Origin: Candidatus Bathyarchaeota archaeon
Lineage (GTDB): Archaea > Thermoproteota > Bathyarchaeia > TCS64
DNA: 64,000 nt
Assembly: GCA_963769425.1 (NCBI GenBank)
Contig: CAVYLP010000003.1
Location: forward strand, 128,001 to 192,000
Reading direction: 5' to 3'
Shown here: piece after piece, positions 59,162 to 64,000 of the stretch
How positions within the stretch are numbered: the first letter of the stretch is position 1
Layout: every line of letters begins with the position of its first letter
Position numbers and translations under genes: made by a program
Notes under the pieces: generated by a model
What the model saw: the letters and a program-made list of their open reading frames with translations, nothing else
What the model was told of the DNA's origin: nothing
The model's database searches: none

Positions 59162-59647
59162 TTGTCAGCGAAAGCACAGATTCTGAGGGAGCTAGCAGAG
59201 TACCACTTCAACTCACTCGAGGAGGCCCTTAAAGACCTCGACGAGAAGGAAGCAATGTACAAGCCAACAGATGAGTCAAACAACATCGAATGGATAGTGA
59301 ACCACCTCTGCAGGATCAGCAACACGGCAATCCCGCGCATCCTAAAGGGGGACCCAAACTACAAGCCCACCGGGTGGCCCGACGACTACAAGGACAGACA
59401 CTACAGTATCACTAAGTACATGGAGGACCTCGCCATGGGGAAGAGGGCAGCCCTCGACGGCATCGGTAAACTCACCGACGCACAGCTAGAGGAGGAGATC
59501 CCGCTTTGGGGTGGAACCAAGAAGAGAAAGATTGGTCTCTTCGCCTACATCGGCGAGATCATCCACCACAAAGGACAGATTCTCTACATCAGGGGGACCG
59601 TGAAGCGCTTCAAGGCGAAGGATCCCAACTTCCTCGCCGACTGCTAA
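59162..59647 (+). CDS. DinB/YfiT-like four-helix metalloprotein (thiol S-transferase superfamily)
   Basis: NNIEWIVNHL and EIIHHKGQI metal-site motifs. Confidence 0.85.
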   Translation: MSAKAQILRELAEYHFNSLEEALKDLDEKEAMYKPTDESNNIEWIVNHLCRISNTAIPRILKGDPNYKPTGWPDDYKDRHYSITKYMEDLAMGKRAALDGIGKLTDAQLEEEIPLWGGTKKRKIGLFAYIGEIIHHKGQILYIRGTVKRFKAKDPNFLADC

Positions 59648-59726
59648 AGTGGCTCAAATAGGCTAAAAAATGCGTAGTATTATATACCAATTTCAACTGA
59701 TTTTAATGCGGAATTCTGGTGGTTAG

Positions 59727-60185
59727 ATGACAGTAAAGACGAAGATGATAAAGGACTTTGCACAGATCGGATTCGACAGGCTCGGCAGCGCAACGAAGAC
59801 CCTGAAGCCTGAGCAGCTCGACTGGAAGAGCTGCACCCAGGCCAACACGATCAGGTGGATACTAACCCACCTGAGCGAGGAGCTGAACGTCTCCCTCCCC
59901 AAGTTCCTCGGCGAGGAGCAGCCTAAGGATTGGCCGAAGGACTACGTCGGTAACCCGAAGTACAAGATGGAGAAGATCATGGCCGACATCGAGAAGGGGC
60001 ACAGGAAGCTCAACGCGGGCCTCAACAAGCTAACGAACGACAAACTCGATGAGGAGGTGGAGGCGTGGGCGGGTAAGAAGCCCCGCGAGTTCTACCTCAT
60101 GCTCATGGTGAGTGAGATAATCCACCACGAGGGGCAGATCGCGGCCATCCTCGGCGTCGAGAAGAGGATTAAGGGCACCAAGTAG
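59727..60185 (+). CDS. DinB/YfiT-like protein, tandem paralog
   Basis: NTIRWILTHL, WPKDY, EIIHHEGQI. Confidence 0.85.
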   Translation: MTVKTKMIKDFAQIGFDRLGSATKTLKPEQLDWKSCTQANTIRWILTHLSEELNVSLPKFLGEEQPKDWPKDYVGNPKYKMEKIMADIEKGHRKLNAGLNKLTNDKLDEEVEAWAGKKPREFYLMLMVSEIIHHEGQIAAILGVEKRIKGTK

Positions 60186-60245
60186 CCGCCCACCCCCTTT
60201 TTATTTCACCTTTCTAGACACCCTATCTGTTAGGGGGCATCTTGT

Positions 60246-61364
60246 ACGAGGATCGGTATAACCTGTTACCCGGGCGTCGGAGGCAGCGGCATACTGGCCA
60301 CGAGGCTCGGCGTCGAGTTCGCCAAGAGGGGCCACGACGTCCACTTCATAACATACGAGCGTCCGTTCGCCGTCCAGGGTATAGATCAGGAGAACGTCCA
60401 CATACACCTCGTCAACGTCCTCGAATATCCCCTGTTTAAATATCCCCCGTACACTGTCGCCCTCGGCTCCGAGATGGCTAGGGTCTCCCAGCAGGAGAAG
60501 CTGGATGTGCTCAACGTCCACTACGCCATCCCGCACGCCACGGCGGCCTATCTCGCCCGTGAGATAACGGGGGTCCCCTACGTTGTGACTCTCCACGGCA
60601 GCGACGTCACAATACTCGGTAGCGACCCCAGCTACCAGATCGTCAACAATCATAGTGTCGAGAATGCGGACGCTGTGACCGCGGTTTCCAAGTTCATGCA
60701 GAGGGAGGCATACGAGAGGCTTGGGATCGAGCGCGAGGTTAAAGTGATACCCAACTTTGTCGACACCCAGGCATTCGCCCCCGCTCCCTACGGCGCATCC
60801 AAGGCCGACTACGACGAGTGTGGAGGTATCATTCACGTGAGCAACTTCCGCCCCGTGAAGAGAGTCCCCGACCTTGTCCACGCAATGGCCGTCGTGGCCG
60901 AGGCTGAGCCGAAGGCGAAGCTGACTCTAGTGGGAGACGGTCCGGACAGACCTGGCGTAGAGAAGCTGGTAGACAGCCTTGGGCTGCGCAGAAACGTGAC
61001 CTTGACGGGGTTCAGGAGCGACATCCCCAACCTCATGCGATGCAGCGATATCGGCGTATTGTGCAGCGAGACGGAGAGTGCCCCATTGACACTACTCGAA
61101 GGGATGAGCACGGGGCTCCCCATGGTGGCGACGGAGGTCGGTGGCGTGCTCGAAATCGTGGATGAGGGCAGTAACGGGTTACTCGTTCCCCCGAAGCAAC
61201 CAGAGGAGTTAGCCCAGGCGATACTCCGCCTCTACAGGGACCCGAAGCTGAGGAGCAGACTAGGAGAGAATGCCCGCAAGACCGTTCTTGAGAGGTACAC
61301 AGCGGAGAAGGTTGTCAACCAGTACATTGAGACCTTCGAGGCAGTCTCAGTGCCTAGAGGTTGA
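60246..61364 (+). CDS. bshA: N-acetyl-alpha-D-glucosaminyl L-malate synthase (GT4)
   Basis: RIGITCYPGVGGSG, YPLFKYPPY, VHYAIPHA, TLHGSD, HVSNFRPVKRV; frame open from 60246. Confidence 0.9.
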   Translation, partial: TRIGITCYPGVGGSGILATRLGVEFAKRGHDVHFITYERPFAVQGIDQENVHIHLVNVLEYPLFKYPPYTVALGSEMARVSQQEKLDVLNVHYAIPHATAAYLAREITGVPYVVTLHGSDVTILGSDPSYQIVNNHSVENADAVTAVSKFMQREAYERLGIEREVKVIPNFVDTQAFAPAPYGASKADYDECGGIIHVSNFRPVKRVPDLVHAMAVVAEAEPKAKLTLVGDGPDRPGVEKLVDSLGLRRNVTLTGFRSDIPNLMRCSDIGVLCSETESAPLTLLEGMSTGLPMVATEVGGVLEIVDEGSNGLLVPPKQPEELAQAILRLYRDPKLRSRLGENARKTVLERYTAEKVVNQYIETFEAVSVPRG

Positions 61365-63093
61365 CGTAGAAGACCGTCGAATTCGGGGTCCAGCCGCCGT
61401 AGAGCCTCTTGTATATATTAACGTTCTCCACTAAGCCCGAGGCGAGGGCGAGGTCGATCCATGCCCAGCTGACCTCCTGCCCGTACTTCTCGGGGGCGAA
61501 GTGGCCGAAGGCGTAGGAGAGGTAGGCGTCCAGCTCTTGGGCCTGCACCTGCTTCGCCTTCATCTCTTGCATGAGGGCTGCCCTCGTCGCCGGGTCACCC
61601 AGTCTGTGCTTTATAGCATCGACCTCCGACTCGGCATCCTCCTTCGCCTTGCTCAACGCGGTGTAGGTCTCATCGATGGCCTTCCTTATCCCGGCGTGTG
61701 CCTGGGAGATGCCCTCGACGTTGTTCGTCTTCTTCGCTTCCACCCATGAAGCGAGGGCGTCGAACAGCTCCCTTCGTGAGAGGGTCGTGTACCCCTTAGT
61801 TTCTAGGTTTCTGCCCGCCACCTCATTCCAAGGCGTGTTGTAGAATACCCTTGCGTAGCGGGTGTAGGTGGGGAATGGTATTCCAAGCTGGGAGACGCCG
61901 GGTATGACCTCGGCGTAGTAGCTCGTCTCCCCCGGCCCGCCAACGTGTGCGAGGACGGGGATAATGGAGTCGACGACCACCTGTCTAGAGTCTACCCTAG
62001 GGGTGATAATTTTCCCTATCTCCTCGATGTCCGGCTTCTCCGCCGAGAAAGAGTAGCTGTATGTCTGCTCGCACCTCGGGCATTTGCCCTCAACGCTCGC
62101 CGTTGAGCCGGAGCCCGCACTGTACTTTAACTCGACCCTGCTCCCGTGGCAGCTCGGGGTCTGGCACTCTAGGAAGAAGGGGACGTAGTCCATTGACCTC
62201 TTACCTATCTGCGCCCTATAACCCAGCCCCTCGATCAGGTCGACGGCGTCGTTAGATGAGCGAACAAATCTGCTCCGATTCGGCTCGGAGAGGAGAACCT
62301 CGTACCCGTGCCTGAAGAAACCCCTGATGGCTGGATCCGTAGCCGAAAGCATCGGTATCCCCATATCTGACTCAAGGTTCAGTACAGAACCGAGTATCTT
62401 CGTAGAGAAGTCGGCGACGTTTTCCGTTGAGTAGTAGGAGCCCTTTATGATTGTGAAGACGTGAGAGAGGTTCTGGAGTACCTTCTCCTGTTTTGCGGGC
62501 TCCACACCCTTGAGGAGACCCCTGTAGTTGCTCTCTAGTTTCTCTAGGGTCTTCCTGAGCCACTCCTCGTCTGGATTTGGCAGCCTACGTATGGGTGCGC
62601 CCTCGTAGTCGGGTGGAGAAGGATAGGTTATGAGCATACCCCTTGCTGATGGACTCGGAACCCGGATATTGAGCAGTTCAGCCTGGACGCTGTCGTAGTC
62701 CCCTACGTAGTAGAGTGGGACGTACCCTCCACCGAGGCTAGCGAGGGTCGAGATGTATGTTATCTTGTTGAAGATGAAGCTAGGACCTCCGAGGCAGTTC
62801 GGCTGCTGACCCGTCTCGACGACCCCCTTATCGAGGGAGTCGATCCTCTTCGAAGCCTTCGAGGTCAATATACCCAGCCCTCGCATCTGGCTCTTGATGG
62901 CCTTCTTGAGCCCCTCAAGCTCGGGTGGCGGTGTGCCGTACTTCGCCCTTATCTCGTCGAAGTACCCGTAGCACTCGGCCATGTTCTGGGGTATCCCCCC
63001 CCAAAGGCGGGGTGCGTATTCGCCACTCGGGTCCTTCTCCGTGTACTTCTGATATAGCATATGAACTGGGGGATTATCACTCACATCATTCAC
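61354..63093 (-). CDS. bshC: BshC-like cysteine-adding enzyme with a Cys-rich insertion
   Basis: TGQQP..LGGP...FNK, PLYYVGDYD, DSIIPVLAHVGGPGETSYY, QE near the C-terminus. Confidence 0.8.
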   Translation of the reverse strand: MNDVSDNPPVHMLYQKYTEKDPSGEYAPRLWGGIPQNMAECYGYFDEIRAKYGTPPPELEGLKKAIKSQMRGLGILTSKASKRIDSLDKGVVETGQQPNCLGGPSFIFNKITYISTLASLGGGYVPLYYVGDYDSVQAELLNIRVPSPSARGMLITYPSPPDYEGAPIRRLPNPDEEWLRKTLEKLESNYRGLLKGVEPAKQEKVLQNLSHVFTIIKGSYYSTENVADFSTKILGSVLNLESDMGIPMLSATDPAIRGFFRHGYEVLLSEPNRSRFVRSSNDAVDLIEGLGYRAQIGKRSMDYVPFFLECQTPSCHGSRVELKYSAGSGSTASVEGKCPRCEQTYSYSFSAEKPDIEEIGKIITPRVDSRQVVVDSIIPVLAHVGGPGETSYYAEVIPGVSQLGIPFPTYTRYARVFYNTPWNEVAGRNLETKGYTTLSRRELFDALASWVEAKKTNNVEGISQAHAGIRKAIDETYTALSKAKEDAESEVDAIKHRLGDPATRAALMQEMKAKQVQAQELDAYLSYAFGHFAPEKYGQEVSWAWIDLALASGLVENVNIYKRLYGGWTPNSTVFYVNL

Positions 63094-63744
63094 CTCAACA
63101 GATTCTTGGCTGACTTCGCCTCGTAGAACGGCCCGTTCTTCGCCAACGACTCCTCGATGAAAGCCTCAGCATACTCGCAGTTCGCCTGGACTCCCCTCAG
63201 CTCCGCCTTCTTGTCGTTGAACCTCTGGTAGTAGTCCCAGGGGAACTTCGCCAACTGGGAATCGTAGGCCCCTACCGCGGCTCTCTTCACCTCCATCGTC
63301 TCGGAGATGTCGATCAAGAGGTGGGGGCTCGGGATGAGGGTGTTTATCTCCATGAGGAGGAGACGCTCGACTAGGTGGGGCTTAACATATGTGGTCGTGT
63401 GAGCTGCCCACTCTATAGCCTCCTTCACGACCTCGTACGCAGTCCTGTGGTCGGCATGGTAGTCGAAGGGCAGGTGGGTGACGACTATCCTCGGCCTCTC
63501 CGCCACGATCACGTCGGCCACCCTCTTAATTAGCTCCCTCGAAGGGGAGACGTTGTCCTCCATGAAGACGATCGGCTCAGCCAACCCAAGGGCCTTACAC
63601 GCCTTCATCGATCTCTCCCTTACGATTTCTAGGGTTGCACGTCAGGCATAGAACTCTTGACACCTTTGTGTGTAGCGCGAGGGTGCCACCACAGCCGAAA
63701 GTTTCATCGTCAGGGTGGGAAACGATGGCAAGAATTCCGTCCAT
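63090..63744 (-). CDS. bshB: PIG-L/LmbE-family N-deacetylase (BshB-like); frameshifted near 63605-63635
   Basis: MDGILAIVSHPDDETFGCGGT, THLPFDYHADH, YAEAF; ATGA overlap with bshC. Confidence 0.78.
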
Positions 63745-63900
63745 GGAGCTCAAACGATTAGGGAAACCAAGGCATAAAAGGGGTTCCCCGATTATTCAAT
63801 ATCGGCAAACATCAGAGTGGTTGAAATTAATAGGGTTGTGAAACCGCAGGGGAAAACGCTTTCCGGTGGGCCTGATAGATATCGTGTCGCCTTGAGTCCG

Positions 63901-64000
63901 ATGGTGCCCGTTGCAGAATCAGGTAGATTGGCCATCTACTGCCCTGCCGACGGGAGGTACGCGTTTTACAACAGCCCTTACCCGGCACATCGATTGATGA
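63901..64000 (+). CDS. Start of a conserved archaeal hypothetical protein (partial)
   Basis: MVPVAESGRLAIYCPADGRYAFYNSPYPAHRLM; the NSPYPAH motif looks like an archaeal family. Confidence 0.5.
   Translation, partial: MVPVAESGRLAIYCPADGRYAFYNSPYPAHRLM

Noticed and set aside
546-63113. Many long antisense or overlapping ORFs in the track (for example 6610-7356, 16413-17189, 24906-25607, 27320-28018, 60201-60881)
   Set aside because: These are shadow frames of GC-rich genes and carry no recognisable motifs.
57489-63744. Mycothiol-like pathway suggested by ino1 lying near the GT4 and deacetylase genes
   Set aside because: The GT4 has BshA-specific motifs and the ligase is BshC-type, not MshC. 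ino1 is routine in archaea for inositol lipids and di-myo-inositol phosphate, and it is separated from the cluster by ndk on the opposite strand.

Overview
Archaeal chromosomal window. Evidence: gins23-mcm operon, a tRNA-Tyr with a bulge-helix-bulge intron, BRE/TATA promoters and an ADP-forming acetyl-CoA synthetase beta subunit. The gene content suggests an anaerobic TACK-group archaeon, plausibly Bathyarchaeia (inference). It holds about 65 CDS and three tRNAs (Phe, Val, Tyr). GC-rich core regions alternate with AT-richer accessory stretches at about 2.8-4.6 kb and 33.8-52.8 kb, each ending at a tRNA 3' end. Main systems: (1) a group 4 [NiFe] membrane hydrogenase operon headed by a GltD-like NAD(P)H flavoprotein, with no formate dehydrogenase or CODH; (2) a GH172 + FucI-type isomerase + FGGY kinase operon, a candidate D-arabinan/D-arabinose pathway; (3) a thrB-thrC-ask-asd operon; (4) a corrinoid protein + UroD-fold methyltransferase pair; (5) a full bacillithiol-type set (bshA, bshB, bshC) with two DinB-family transferases, unusual for an archaeon. 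Not shown by the ORF track: a 12-copy phased degenerate repeat array at 42.1-42.4 kb next to a ~110-bp element repeated in inverted orientation at 48.6 kb, a self-contained 30-aa basic microprotein gene, three genes that seem to start at ACG, and several gene relics. Many single-base frameshifts in housekeeping genes point to an error-prone (long-read-like) assembly, so pseudogene, fusion and start-codon claims need read-level checks. All calls come from motif recognition; no searches were run.
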